From Thermoplasmata archaeon (GTDB lineage Archaea; Thermoplasmatota; Thermoplasmata; Lutacidiplasmatales; UBA184), in the NCBI GenBank assembly GCA_030037695.1, contig JASHQF010000040.1, positions 1-41,696 of the forward strand: a DNA stretch of 41,696 nt, read 5' to 3'. The position numbers and the translations under genes are program-made. This document shows, piece by piece, positions 1 to 9,869 of this stretch. Each line of letters begins with the position of its first letter. The first letter of the stretch is position 1. The notes beneath the pieces are model-generated. The model searched no databases and was not told the origin of the DNA. It saw nothing but the letters and a program-made list of their open reading frames with translations.

Positions 1-118
1 CGGGCGCTCTCGGCCCGCGACCACGCCAACCCCCGAACCGTCCGGGTCCGAGCGGCCCCGGAGCGCGGGAGTAGGGGACGCTCGAGCTGTCGGGGCGCGG
101 ATCGCTGAGCCGCTCCGC

Positions 119-2095
119 CTAGAGGGCGGCGGGCGGCGCGCTCGCCGTCGTCTCGGAAGGGACCGCCGGCACGGTGTGGGTGCGGGGGGCGCCGAACGGT
201 CGGAACGGCCGGCCGTTCCCCGTGTAGAACTTCGAGAAGTACTCCACGAACAGGAGCCGCGCTCCCTGGATCCCGGGCTCGAAGACGCCGAGGATCACGT
301 TGAACGTCTGGCCGACGACGAGCAGCAGGACCCCCGCGACGATCCCGACGGCCCCGCCGCGCACGAGCCCCCCCGCGACCGTGTTGATCACGAGGGCGAG
401 GATCACGCTCGCGAGCAGGATCCCCACGAGCCGCGTATAGGAGAGGATGTGGCTCACGATCTCGATCAGGCCGACCAGGAGGCCGTTCATCCCCTCGCCG
501 CCGACGATCAGGACGAGCCCGGAGGCGAGGCACGCGTACCAGAGCACGACGATCGGGTGGACCGAGACGCTGGTCGCGTGGTGGATCACGGCGAGCCCGA
601 AGAACGCGATCCCCCAGGCGAACAGGATCCCGCCCGATTTCGCGAGGACCCCGCGGCGGTGCCGCCGGAACATCTCCTGGACGGCCCCGAACAGGAACCC
701 GAGCGTGACCATCGCGAGGCCGATGAACCCCGCGACGAGGAGCAGGAGGCCCACGTCAGCGTCCGGCTTCAGCGGGGCGACGTAGCCGAACAGGTGGTGG
801 AACAGGCCGTAGCCGAAGAACTCGTCCCAGACGAGACCGAGGGCGATCGCGAGGGCGCACCCGGGGAGCAGCGTCCAGGCGAGCTGCTGCATCGCCTTCG
901 GGCCCATGATCTGACGGACGAACCGTCGGCCGAACGCCGGGAGGTGCCGGGCGCCGGGGAACCCCGCGATCATCCAGAGGGAGACGAGCAGGATGACGAG
1001 CCCGTACCCCCAGTCGCCGAGCATGAAGCCGAAGAAGATCGGGAAGACGATCGCGAAGACGAGCGTCGGGTCCCACTCCGTCGCCTGCGGCAGGGAGTAG
1101 AACCGGACGAAGAACTCGAACCGGCGGAACCCCGCCGGGTTCGCCATCATCGTCGGCGGTTCCTCGCGGGAGGGGACCTCGACGACGACGACCCTCCCCT
1201 CCGTCGCCCGCTCGACGGCGGTGCGCAGGCGCGGGACGTCCCGGGCCGGCACCCAGGCCTCGAGCGCGAACGCCGAACGGCTCGCGCCGAGCTTCGTGAG
1301 GAGCTCGCCCGCCCGGTTCTGGATCTCGAGCGCTTCGGCGATCGCCGCGACGGTGGGGTACCAGGCCGCAGCGAGCGCGGCGAGGCGTTCCCGGATCTCC
1401 CCGCGGCGCCGCGCGATCTCCGACCGCCGGGCGACGGCGCGGACCCGCTCCTCCGCGGCGGTCCCGTCCAGCGGGGGGACGGGGGCGAGGCGTACCCCGG
1501 ACCCCTGGGCGGCGGCCGCCACGGCGTCCGCCCGGGACGCGCGGGCCACGGCGACGAACGGTCGAGCCTCCGCCCCGGGCCCGAGCAGGAGCTCCCCGTC
1601 GGGGGCGAGGGCGGTCCGGATCGCCGCCAGCCCCTCCGGCCCGGCCGAGCCGTGGAGCGCGACGAGCGACGGCGAGCGGAACGTGTCGAGGCGCTCGGGG
1701 ACGAACGCGAGCTCGTCGAGCGCCCGCACCGTCTCGTCGATCGCGCGCGCCTCGCTCTCGAGGTGGTCGGCCTCCCGGACGAGCGCCCCGACCTCCGCGT
1801 CGATCGGGACCGTCCCCGCGGCCGCGAGGATGTCGGCGACCGAGTCGAACCGGCGGGGCGTCGGGGCCCCGACGGGCGGCAGCGCGCTGAGGAGGCCCCG
1901 GAACCGGAGCGCCTCGTCGCCGACCCGGCGCAGCGTCTCGGGTCCCCGCTCGGGGCCGAGCTGCGCCATCGTCTCGGGTGCGAGGGCCTCGACCTGGGCG
2001 AGCCGGAGGTCGTGGAGGACGGTGAGGATCCGCTCCTGGTCCTGGCGGAGGCCAAGGAGGGCGATCCGGGCCATCCGGACGGGGCGGAGCGCCGT
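119..2095 (-). CDS. atpI: A/V-type ATP synthase subunit I (a)
   Basis: Soluble N-half then multi-TM C-half; FFGFMLGDWGYG and SHILSYTRL (essential Arg) motifs. The start is either ACG at 2095 (behind GGAGG) or ATG at 2074. The ORF-track extension to 2293 overlaps atpH and is not real. Confidence 0.95.
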   Translation of the reverse strand, partial: TALRPVRMARIALLGLRQDQERILTVLHDLRLAQVEALAPETMAQLGPERGPETLRRVGDEALRFRGLLSALPPVGAPTPRRFDSVADILAAAGTVPIDAEVGALVREADHLESEARAIDETVRALDELAFVPERLDTFRSPSLVALHGSAGPEGLAAIRTALAPDGELLLGPGAEARPFVAVARASRADAVAAAAQGSGVRLAPVPPLDGTAAEERVRAVARRSEIARRRGEIRERLAALAAAWYPTVAAIAEALEIQNRAGELLTKLGASRSAFALEAWVPARDVPRLRTAVERATEGRVVVVEVPSREEPPTMMANPAGFRRFEFFVRFYSLPQATEWDPTLVFAIVFPIFFGFMLGDWGYGLVILLVSLWMIAGFPGARHLPAFGRRFVRQIMGPKAMQQLAWTLLPGCALAIALGLVWDEFFGYGLFHHLFGYVAPLKPDADVGLLLLVAGFIGLAMVTLGFLFGAVQEMFRRHRRGVLAKSGGILFAWGIAFFGLAVIHHATSVSVHPIVVLWYACLASGLVLIVGGEGMNGLLVGLIEIVSHILSYTRLVGILLASVILALVINTVAGGLVRGGAVGIVAGVLLLVVGQTFNVILGVFEPGIQGARLLFVEYFSKFYTGNGRPFRPFGAPRTHTVPAVPSETTASAPPAAL

Positions 2096-2105
2096 CGGCC
2101 CCTCC

Positions 2106-2468
2106 TCAGTCGCTCGCGAACCGGCCGAGCACGACCGCGAGGATCTCCTTGCGGCGCCCCTCGGCGAGCGAACCCTGACCCGCCCGGAGCTGTCGGGCCT
2201 CGGCCTCGCCGTCGTCGACGATCGTCCGGGCCTCGGTGTCCCCCTCGCGGCCGGCCCGGGCGGTCGCCTCGGCGCGTTCCGTCTCGACCGCACGGGCGAC
2301 CTCGTGGACCGACGCCTCCGCCGCGTCGCGGCGGCCGGCGAGGTCCTGGGCGGCCGCGGCCCGCGCGTCGGCGAGACGGCGGTCCCAGTCGGCCTCCGTC
2401 GCCTTCACGCGTCGCAGGGCGTCCAGGATCTCGGGACTGCCCGACGGGGGCGCCGCGGCGTCGCTCAC
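2106..2468 (-). CDS. atpH: A/V-type ATP synthase subunit H/G (peripheral stalk)
   Basis: 120-aa Ala/Glu/Arg-rich helical protein (EILDALRRVKATEA...) directly upstream of atpI; GTG start with a G-rich RBS. Confidence 0.8.
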   Translation of the reverse strand: MSDAAAPPSGSPEILDALRRVKATEADWDRRLADARAAAAQDLAGRRDAAEASVHEVARAVETERAEATARAGREGDTEARTIVDDGEAEARQLRAGQGSLAEGRRKEILAVVLGRFASD

Positions 2469-2471
2469 AGG

Positions 2472-2603
2472 CTAGCTCCCCCCGAGGTACCGCGCGAGCA
2501 CGAGGAGGACGATCGCGATCGCCGCCGCCTTCCAGGCGACGCTCGCCGCCCAGAGGGCGACGACCCGCCGGGAGGCGAGGCTAGGCGGGTACGGCGCCCG
2601 CAT
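2472..2603 (-). CDS. small 43-aa membrane protein inside the ATP synthase operon (not in ORF track)
   Basis: Manual translation MRAPYPPSLASRRVVALWAASVAWKAAAIAIVLLVLARYLGGS*. The ATG overlaps the atpD 3' end, the stop lies 3 nt before the atpH GTG, and it fills the D-H gap exactly. Confidence 0.6.
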   Translation of the reverse strand: MRAPYPPSLASRRVVALWAASVAWKAAAIAIVLLVLARYLGGS

Positions 2604-3225
2604 CGCCGGCCTCCAGTTTGCGCTTGACGGTCTTCAGCATGCTGAACGCGTCCCGCTCCATCTCGTCGAACCGGAACTTGATGTAGCGCACGGTGGCGAC
2701 GAGCCTCGGGACCAGGACGTTCTCGATCGCGTTCGCCCGGCGCTTGGTCTTCTCGATCTCGCGCAGGAGGCGTCGCAGCGTGTTCTCCTTCTCGGCGATC
2801 TCGAGGACGAGGGCGTAGATCCCTTGGAAGTGCCGGATCGGTTCTCCGATCGACGTCGGCAGATCGAGCAGGGACGCCACCGCGACCGGGGCGAAGCCGC
2901 CGGCGTCGAGCCGGGGGGTCCGCACCCCCATCACGTTCTTCGTCGCGACCGTGACGTCGGGGAGGTTCGGCAGCAGCATCGAGATGTTCTCGAGCCGGGT
3001 CGGGCCCTCGATCGCCTCGGCGAGGCGGATCGCCTCGTACCCCGGCAGGAACCGGCGTCGCAGCTCCCCCCGCAGCTCCAGCGCGGCCTTCGAGACGCTG
3101 AAGAACTCCGCGATCAGCGCGGTCCGCTTGAGCTTGAGCAGGTTGAGGCCGCGCCGGGCGACCGCGATCCGGCGGCGGGTGCGCAGCAGCTCGAGGCGGG
3201 TCGGGCGGACGTTCTCGACGGCCAC
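2581..3225 (-). CDS. atpD: A/V-type ATP synthase subunit D
   Basis: PTRLELL, LLKLKR, KNVMGV and EIEKTKRRANAIENVLVP motifs; GGAGG RBS before GTG. Confidence 0.97.
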   Translation of the reverse strand: MAVENVRPTRLELLRTRRRIAVARRGLNLLKLKRTALIAEFFSVSKAALELRGELRRRFLPGYEAIRLAEAIEGPTRLENISMLLPNLPDVTVATKNVMGVRTPRLDAGGFAPVAVASLLDLPTSIGEPIRHFQGIYALVLEIAEKENTLRRLLREIEKTKRRANAIENVLVPRLVATVRYIKFRFDEMERDAFSMLKTVKRKLEAGDAGAVPA

Positions 3226-3238
3226 GGACCCTCCGGCC

Positions 3239-4681
3239 TCACGACCCGACGACCGGGGGATGGGCCCGGTACGCCTGCACGAACTCGGGGCGGATCCGCT
3301 TGAGCTCGGCGTCGGGGAAGTCGGAGACGATCGCCCAAGCGAGCGCGAGGCTCTCGTCGATCGTCCGGTCCTCGTCGGGCCGCTGGTTGACGAACTCCTT
3401 CTCGAACCGGTCGGCGCCGCGCAGGTAGAGCCGGTCGATCGGGCTGAGCGCCTCCTCGCCGACGATCGCGGAGAGCGCCCGCTGGTCCTTCCCCGTCGCG
3501 TACGTCGCGAACAGCTGGTCGGAGACGCCGCGGTGGTCCTCCCGGGTCCGCTTCGGCCCGATCCCTTGGTTCATGAGGCGCGAGAGGCTCGGCAGGATGT
3601 CGATCGGCGGGTAGATCCCCTTGCGCTGGAGGTCCCGGCTGAGGTACATCTGCCCCTCGGTGATGTAGCCGGTGAGATCCGGGATCGGGTGGGTGACGTC
3701 GTCGGCCGGCATCGTCACGATCGGGAGCTGGGTGATTGATCCCTTCCGGCCGTGGATCTTGCCGGCACGCTCGTAGATCGTGGCGAGGTCGGTGTAGAGG
3801 TACCCCGGGTACCCCCGACGGCCGGGGACCTCCTCGCGGGCGGCCGAGACCTCCCGGAGCGCCTCGCAGTAGCTCGTCATGTCGGTCAGGATGACGAGGA
3901 CGTGCAGGTCCTTCTCGTAGGCGAGGTACTCGGCGGCCGTCAGCGCCATCCGCGGGGTGACGACCCGCTCCATCGACGGATCGCTCGACAGGTTGAGGAA
4001 CGCGACGGTCCGCTCGAGGGCGCCGGTCGCCTCGAACTCCTTCAGGAAGAAGTTCGCCTCCTCGCTCGTGATCCCCATCGCGCCGAAGACGACCGCGAAC
4101 CCCTCGGTCGAGTTGCGCAGCTTCGCCTGGCGGACGATCTGCGCGGCGACCTGGTTGTGCGGGAGGCCGGCGCCCGAGAACAGCGGGAGCTTCTGCCCCC
4201 GGACGAGGGTGTTGTTGACGTCGATCGTGGAGATCCCCGTCTGGATGAACTCGCTCGGTTCCTCGCGCGAGTACGGGTTCATCGCGTTGCCGACGATCTC
4301 GAGCCGGGTCTCGCTCACGATCCGCGGGCCGCCGTCGCGCGGCTCGCCGAGGCCGTTGAAGACCCGACCGAGCATCTCGTCGGAGACGGCGAGCGTCGCG
4401 ACCTCCCCGAGGAACTTCACGCTCGTCTCCTCGACGTTGATCCCGATCGTCGGGCCGAACACCTGGACGATCGCGAGCCCCTTGCGCGAGTCGAGGACCT
4501 GGCCCTGCCGGCGCTCGCCGCTCGGGAGCCGGATCTCGACGATCTCGCCGTAGGCGGCGTTCTCGATGTCGCGGACGAACAGGAGCGGGCCCGCGACCCG
4601 GTCGATCGTGCGGTAGTCGACCGGGACGGCGTCCTCGCGCGGTCGCCCGCCGGAGCGCGGGCCGGCCCCCTTCGCCGCCAC
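3239..4681 (-). CDS. atpB: A/V-type ATP synthase subunit B
   Basis: [41 protein letters not shown] and [15 protein letters not shown] motifs. Confidence 0.98.
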   Translation of the reverse strand: MAAKGAGPRSGGRPREDAVPVDYRTIDRVAGPLLFVRDIENAAYGEIVEIRLPSGERRQGQVLDSRKGLAIVQVFGPTIGINVEETSVKFLGEVATLAVSDEMLGRVFNGLGEPRDGGPRIVSETRLEIVGNAMNPYSREEPSEFIQTGISTIDVNNTLVRGQKLPLFSGAGLPHNQVAAQIVRQAKLRNSTEGFAVVFGAMGITSEEANFFLKEFEATGALERTVAFLNLSSDPSMERVVTPRMALTAAEYLAYEKDLHVLVILTDMTSYCEALREVSAAREEVPGRRGYPGYLYTDLATIYERAGKIHGRKGSITQLPIVTMPADDVTHPIPDLTGYITEGQMYLSRDLQRKGIYPPIDILPSLSRLMNQGIGPKRTREDHRGVSDQLFATYATGKDQRALSAIVGEEALSPIDRLYLRGADRFEKEFVNQRPDEDRTIDESLALAWAIVSDFPDAELKRIRPEFVQAYRAHPPVVGS

Positions 4682-4770
4682 TAGCTCCCTCCGGCGGCGA
4701 CCGCGGCGACCGCCTCCGCCGCCTCGAGATCGAGCCGGTCGAACTCAGCGGCGAGCTTCGCCTCGGGGAT

Positions 4771-7700
4771 TCACTTCATCCGGGAGAGCTTCGTGCGCAC
4801 CGGCAGCTTCTGGAGGTCCGCGACGCTCGCCCCGCGGGCGACCGCCTCCTGGGCCCGGTCGGCGAACGCGAGGATCGCGCGGAGCATCCTCAGCTGCTTC
4901 TGGATCGACGTGTAGGTATCGACGTCGTCGTAGGCGCTCTGCTGGAGGTAGTCCTCGCGGAGCATCCGGGCCGCGTCGAGGGTCGCCTTCTCCCGCTCGG
5001 GGAGCGCGTCGACCCCGACCAGCTGGACGATCTCCTGGAGCTCCGACTCCTTCTGGAGGATCTCGAGGGCCCGCTGACGTAGCGCACCGAACTCCTTGGA
5101 GAGTTCGGCGGCATACCACGGCTCGAGGTCCCCGGCGTAGAGCGAGTAGCTCTGCAGCCAATTGATCGAAGGGAAATGGCGTCGTGCGGCGAGCGACGCA
5201 TCGAGGGCCCAGAAGACCCGGGCGACGCGGAGCGTGTTCTGGCTGACCGGCTCGGAGGTGTCGCCCCCGGGTGGCGAGACCGCCCCCACGACCGTCACCG
5301 AGCCGATCCGGCCCTCGGGCGAGAGCGCGACGACACGTCCCGCCCGTTCGTAGAACTCGGCGATCCGGCGCCCGAGGTAGGCGGGGTAGCCTTCCTCGCC
5401 CGGCATCTCCTCGAGACGGCCCGAGATCTCGCGCATCGCCTCCGCCCAACGGCTCGTCGAATCGGCCATCAGCGCGACGTCGTAGCCCATGTCCCGGTAG
5501 TACTCGGCGATCGTGATTCCGGTGTAGACGCTCGCCTCCCGCGCCGCCACCGGCATGTTCGAGGTGTTGGCGATCAGCACCGTCCGTTCCATGAGGGGTC
5601 GCTTCGACTTCGGGTCGACGAGGTTCGGGAACGTGGCAAGCACCTCGGTCATCTCGTTCCCGCGTTCCCCACAACCGACATAGACGACGACGTCGGAGTC
5701 GGCCCACTTGGCGAGCTGCTGCTGCGTGACGGTGTTGTGCAGGAGAAGCCCGCCCACCCCTCCCACGAAATTCCGGCCGTGCTCCGGGACCGAGACGTCG
5801 TAGACCTCGTACGGGCCGTCGCGCTCCTCCTGGACGTCGACGACCTCGTCGCAGGCGATCCAATCCAGCAGCTCGGTGAGACGTCGGGCGGCCAGCTCCT
5901 CCGGGACCGAGACGGGACCGTCGTCGCCAGCGTCCATAAACGTGCGAAAGGTGACCGCGCCCATGCTCTCCCGGTGGCCGATGTAGTTGTGGATCTCGAT
6001 GCCGTGCTTCCGCAGACCGGAGTACGAGTAATGCGCCCGGTAGAGCCGTTCGAGGAGCTCCGAAGCGACCGGCACCACGTCCGTCGCAGTGTAGCTGCGA
6101 GGCTGCCGCTCGACGTAGCTCCGGAGCGCCGCGATCTTGGGATGCGGCGAGGTGAGTGCCTGGTGCAGACGGTCTAGGTTGGCAACGCCCCGCACGTAGA
6201 TGCGGTAGTACAACTGATCGCCCACGGTCCGACGGGCCAGCGTGGAGAGGATGCCGAACCGGCTCAGCGCGTGGGCCAGACCGATCTGCAGCCGCTCGCT
6301 CGCGGTGCAGAACTCCACGACACCCCCGAAGAAGCCGCCGTCCCCGAGGTAGTACCCGCGAAGGAAGGCACCCAACGAGGGGTCCGTGGAGGCCAGTACC
6401 GACGGGGGGACCGCCTTCTGCGACGAGCCGTTCCCCGCGCCGATACGTCCCAGCAGTCGGACGAGCGAGACGCTATGGAGCAGGACGTTCGGGGTCTTGT
6501 CGCGTTGCCGCTCGATCCGACCGACGACCCCAAACAGCGAACGGGCGAGCTGGAGGAACCTCTCCAAGAGCCCCTCGTCCGAATTGGTGAAGACAACGGT
6601 ACCCCCGCCACGCAGGTAGCCTTCCGCAACATAGAGCCCTAGGAACTCGCCCAGGTCCGGGGTCATGCGGTCCGGAAGGCGGATGACGGTGCCCCGCCGT
6701 CGCAGCTCGGGCAGCTCGATACCGAGCGGGCTGTCCGAAGCTGGGGGAGGGAGTCGGCGCACGGCGGCGAGGTAGTCGCCCGGCCGTAGCTCCCCTGCCG
6801 GAGTCTCCCGAAGTCCACCGTCCGCTCGGACGGCGAACAGCCGATGCACCGGCGTCACTCGAACACGCCGCCCGCTGCGGGTCCTTACGGTGACCAGCGA
6901 ATCGCTTTTCCCTCGATAGAGGACGTTGGTCCGGCTCCGCACGATCCGGTTCCCTGAAAGGGAATACAGCGTGAGGGGGCGGTCCAGCCGAATCCACTCA
7001 TCGGCTCCGTCCACGATCGCTCGTCCAAGGGGTCGCGATCGCTCGTACAGTTCGGCGATCGGCACGATGGTCCCGTCGCCGAGGAACACCGGCGTCTCCC
7101 CGGCGACGCATTTCCCGCTGCCGAACGGACCGGGGATGCAGGCGGTCCCGCCCTTCGCGACGGGGAAGAACGAGTCGATGACGCGCTGGCCGGTGACGAG
7201 CGGGATGTCCGGGGGGAGCTTCTGCCCAACGGGGCGCGGGATACGGACGATCCAGCGATGGCTCAGGTAGACCGGCACCCGCTGCGCGCCCGAGCGGATC
7301 GTGCCGATCGGGTCGCGGATCGTGTACGTCCCGCTCGCGATCGCCTCGAGCGTCCCCGAGACGCCGGGCGGCACGAGGACCTTGTGGACGATCAGCGACG
7401 TCTCGGGGACGGTGCCGAGGATCGTGCCCGGAGTGACCTCGGTGCCGGGCTTGGCCGTCGCCGTGAACTCCCAACGGGCCGTCTCGCTGAGCGGGGGCGC
7501 GACGAACCCTCGAGCGATGAAATCCCCCGAGCTCTTCTGGATCACGTCCAGCGGCCGCTGGACCCCGTCGTAGATCGATTTCAGGAGACCGGGGCCGAGC
7601 TCGACGCTGAGCGCGAGGCCGGTCGACTCGACCGGATCGCCCGGGCGGATCCCGGTGGTGTCCTCGTAGACCTGGACGGTCGCGGTGCCGCCGACGAGCC

Positions 7701-7818
7701 GGATGATCTCGCCGACGAGCCCGAGCGTACCGACGCGGACGACGTCGTACATCTTCGCGCCCTGGAGGCCGTCGACCAGGACGACCGGTCCCGAGACCCT
7801 TGCGACGACCGCCGGCAT
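4771..7818 (-). CDS. atpA: A/V-type ATP synthase subunit A, intein-containing; the frame continues past TGA(4771-4773) to TAG at 4681-4683
   Basis: Walker A GPFGSGK|T split by the intein; [23 protein letters not shown] and [13 protein letters not shown] motifs. Confidence 0.97.
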   Translation of the reverse strand: MPAVVARVSGPVVLVDGLQGAKMYDVVRVGTLGLVGEIIRLVGGTATVQVYEDTTGIRPGDPVESTGLALSVELGPGLLKSIYDGVQRPLDVIQKSSGDFIARGFVAPPLSETARWEFTATAKPGTEVTPGTILGTVPETSLIVHKVLVPPGVSGTLEAIASGTYTIRDPIGTIRSGAQRVPVYLSHRWIVRIPRPVGQKLPPDIPLVTGQRVIDSFFPVAKGGTACIPGPFGSGKCVAGETPVFLGDGTIVPIAELYERSRPLGRAIVDGADEWIRLDRPLTLYSLSGNRIVRSRTNVLYRGKSDSLVTVRTRSGRRVRVTPVHRLFAVRADGGLRETPAGELRPGDYLAAVRRLPPPASDSPLGIELPELRRRGTVIRLPDRMTPDLGEFLGLYVAEGYLRGGGTVVFTNSDEGLLERFLQLARSLFGVVGRIERQRDKTPNVLLHSVSLVRLLGRIGAGNGSSQKAVPPSVLASTDPSLGAFLRGYYLGDGGFFGGVVEFCTASERLQIGLAHALSRFGILSTLARRTVGDQLYYRIYVRGVANLDRLHQALTSPHPKIAALRSYVERQPRSYTATDVVPVASELLERLYRAHYSYSGLRKHGIEIHNYIGHRESMGAVTFRTFMDAGDDGPVSVPEELAARRLTELLDWIACDEVVDVQEERDGPYEVYDVSVPEHGRNFVGGVGGLLLHNTVTQQQLAKWADSDVVVYVGCGERGNEMTEVLATFPNLVDPKSKRPLMERTVLIANTSNMPVAAREASVYTGITIAEYYRDMGYDVALMADSTSRWAEAMREISGRLEEMPGEEGYPAYLGRRIAEFYERAGRVVALSPEGRIGSVTVVGAVSPPGGDTSEPVSQNTLRVARVFWALDASLAARRHFPSINWLQSYSLYAGDLEPWYAAELSKEFGALRQRALEILQKESELQEIVQLVGVDALPEREKATLDAARMLREDYLQQSAYDDVDTYTSIQKQLRMLRAILAFADRAQEAVARGASVADLQKLPVRTKLSRMK
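5734..7110 (-). mobile_element. 459-aa intein with LAGLIDADG homing endonuclease in the AtpA P-loop
   Basis: Starts CVAGETPV after GPFGSGK; block B VTPVH; endonuclease motifs FLGLYVAEG and [10 protein letters not shown]; block F VYDVSV; ends LLHN followed by Thr+1 (TVTQQQ). Confidence 0.96.
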
Positions 7819-7832
7819 CGTCCTTCGTCCTC

Positions 7833-8174
7833 CTAGGCCGCCGGAGCGGCGAGCGTGATGCCGAGGACCCGCTTGGCGAGCACGTTCAGGCTCTCGACCT
7901 CGTACTCCCCGGACGGCGCCGGCACGAAGACGACGAGCGGCCGCAGGGAGGCGTCGGCGCGCGCGCGTTGCGCCTCGGTGAGGCGGGCGCGTACCGTCTG
8001 GCTCGCGACGACGAGGCTGAACCGGCCGTCGGAGATCGCCGTGTCGAACTCGGCCGCGGCGGTCTCGGGAACGACCTCCACCACATCTTTCATCCCGATG
8101 AGACGGAAGCCGATCGCGAGCTCCCGCTCGCCGACGACCACCGTCCGGCCCGGCTCCGGTGCGCTCTCCGGCAC
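7833..8174 (-). CDS. atpF: A/V-type ATP synthase subunit F
   Basis: [17 protein letters not shown]-terminus and LAKRVLGI C-terminus; directly upstream of atpA. Confidence 0.93.
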   Translation of the reverse strand: MPESAPEPGRTVVVGERELAIGFRLIGMKDVVEVVPETAAAEFDTAISDGRFSLVVASQTVRARLTEAQRARADASLRPLVVFVPAPSGEYEVESLNVLAKRVLGITLAAPAA

Positions 8175-8197
8175 GGCGGAGTCGGCGGGATTCCCAC

Positions 8198-8206
8198 CTA
8201 TTTAAG
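8198..8206 (-). promoter_or_regulatory. TATA box of the atpF-A-B-D-H-I transcript
   Basis: CTTAAATAG on the minus strand about 25-30 nt upstream of the atpF GTG; an AT island in GC-rich DNA. Confidence 0.7.
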
Positions 8207-8717
8207 GCTGCCCGGCGCGACGCGCCGCCGAAGACGTGCGGGCGCGCCGGCGGGGCCGGAGCTCCCGGCCCATCGCGCGCGCGAGCCGACGCCAGAGCTC
8301 CCGATCCGCGCGCGCGGTCGCCCGGGCCTCCCGCGCGCGCGCCGACGCGCTGAGCGCACGACGCGGGCGCAGCACCTGGAGGCCGGTGAAGACGAGGCGC
8401 GAGCGGCTGCGTCCGACCGGTCGCAGTTCGTAGAGGAACTGGGAGAGCCGGGCCGGGCCCGCGAGGTGGGTGTTCGTCCAGGCCCGCCGCTCGGGCAGTA
8501 GGCGGACAAGCCGGGTCTTCGTGACGCGGTCCCGCCCCACGCCCGTCGTGTCTCTCAGCACGATCACGTCCTTCGCGAGCCTCGCGATACGTCGGCTCCC
8601 TACCTGCCCCATGAGGGACCAGTCGTCCGGCCGGTAGTCGGTCGCCCAGCGGAACGCGACGTCGGGCGGGGCGGGAAGGACGATCGAGAAGCGGTACCGG
8701 AACGTCACGAGCGGCAC
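8202..8717 (-). CDS. SRPBCC/START-like hypothetical protein
   Basis: 3' part of the ORF-track frame 8202..10484: [19 protein letters not shown]...[16 protein letters not shown], an SRPBCC-like pattern. GTG lies just after the ferredoxin stop with a GAGG RBS. Confidence 0.65.
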   Translation of the reverse strand: MPLVTFRYRFSIVLPAPPDVAFRWATDYRPDDWSLMGQVGSRRIARLAKDVIVLRDTTGVGRDRVTKTRLVRLLPERRAWTNTHLAGPARLSQFLYELRPVGRSRSRLVFTGLQVLRPRRALSASARAREARATARADRELWRRLARAMGRELRPRRRARTSSAARRAGQP

Positions 8718-8725
8718 GGCCGGCC

Positions 8726-9004
8726 TCACTTGTACGTCGAGTGGTGGACGTGGCTCTCGTCGTCGGTGATCAGGATGCACTCCCCTTCGCACTCGAACAG
8801 GCACGCCTCGCAGACGATGCATTCGGGTCCGTTCACCGCGAGGGACTTCTCGCCTCGGAACTGGAACTTCGCGGCGACCGTCGGGTCGTCGACGACGTCG
8901 GGGATCTGATCGCGGGGACGCAGCTCGAAGACGTTGACGGGGCAGACGTCCCGGCAATGGGCGCAGCCGGTGCATTTCGCGATGTCGATGTCGACCTGGA
9001 CCAT
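8726..9004 (-). CDS. 2x[4Fe-4S] ferredoxin
   Basis: [12 protein letters not shown] and [11 protein letters not shown] motifs; ATG at 9004 (MVQVDID). Confidence 0.92.
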   Translation of the reverse strand: MVQVDIDIAKCTGCAHCRDVCPVNVFELRPRDQIPDVVDDPTVAAKFQFRGEKSLAVNGPECIVCEACLFECEGECILITDDESHVHHSTYK

Positions 9005-9101
9005 GCTCCGCGCTCCCCGAGGGGCGGCGCCTCTTAGCGTTGCGCGACCTCCCGGGGGCCGGCTTAACCCGCCGGGAACGTTCCTCCGGACCCGGAGGTC
9101 C

Positions 9102-9869
9102 GTGGGCGAGATCCTCCTCGGCACCAGCGGCTGGGACTATCCGGAGTGGGTCGGCCGCGTCTATCCGCCCCGGGGGGCGGCCGACCGGCTGCGGTACTAC
9201 GCCGGGATGTTCCCGATCGTCGAGGTGAACTCCACGTTCTATCGGCTGCCGGCGCCGACGGTCGTCGCCTCCTGGGTCCGCCGGACGCCGAGCCGGTTCC
9301 GCTTCGCGGCGAAGTTCCCCCAGTCGATCACCCACGATCTCCGCCTGGTCGGCACCGAGGCGGAGCTCGCCCGCTTCCTGGCCGTGCTGCGGCCGCTCCG
9401 GGACGCCGGACGGTTCGCGGCGGCGCTGCTCCAGCTGCCGCCGAGCCTCCCGTTCGAGGCCGAGACGGTCCGGCGCTTCTACGCCTCCCTCCCCCCCGAC
9501 CTCCCGGTCGCGGTCGAGTTCCGCGAGCGCTCCTGGCTCGTGCCGACCTCGTACGCCCTCCTGCGGGAGTTCGGGCTCGCGCACGCGATCGTCGACGGCC
9601 CCCACCTGCCCGTCGTCCCGGAGGTGACCGCCCCGTTCGCCTACCTCCGCTGGCACGGCCACGGCTCGCCGCTGTGGTACGACTACACCTACTCGCCCGA
9701 GGAGCTCGCGGCGTGGGTCCCGCGGGTCCGGGAGCTCGCCGGGCGCGTCGGCACGGTCTACGGGTTCTTCAACAACCATTTCCGGGGGGACGCGGCGGTG
9801 AACTGCCGCACCCTCGCCGAGGAGCTCGGCGTCCGATCGACGATCCCCCGCTCCCCGCTCGACCCGTAG
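9102..9869 (+). CDS. DUF72 (YecE/UPF0759) family TIM-barrel protein
   Basis: LGTSGWDYPEW, VEVNSTFY, LLQLPPS, AVEFR, YLRWHG, YDYTYS and GFFNNH motifs; GGAGGT RBS then GTG at 9102. Confidence 0.93.
   Translation: MGEILLGTSGWDYPEWVGRVYPPRGAADRLRYYAGMFPIVEVNSTFYRLPAPTVVASWVRRTPSRFRFAAKFPQSITHDLRLVGTEAELARFLAVLRPLRDAGRFAAALLQLPPSLPFEAETVRRFYASLPPDLPVAVEFRERSWLVPTSYALLREFGLAHAIVDGPHLPVVPEVTAPFAYLRWHGHGSPLWYDYTYSPEELAAWVPRVRELAGRVGTVYGFFNNHFRGDAAVNCRTLAEELGVRSTIPRSPLDP

Noticed and set aside
1..118. Non-coding ends of the window (1-118 and 41609-41696) as possible ncRNA/tRNA
   Set aside because: No tRNA cloverleaf, T-loop or other recognisable RNA motif was seen; context is truncated.
4771..4773. 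Selenocysteine or genome-wide TGA=Trp recoding as the explanation for the atpA stop
   Set aside because: The position is not a Cys-type site, Trp is encoded by TGG throughout, and TGA is a normal stop in many neighbouring genes.
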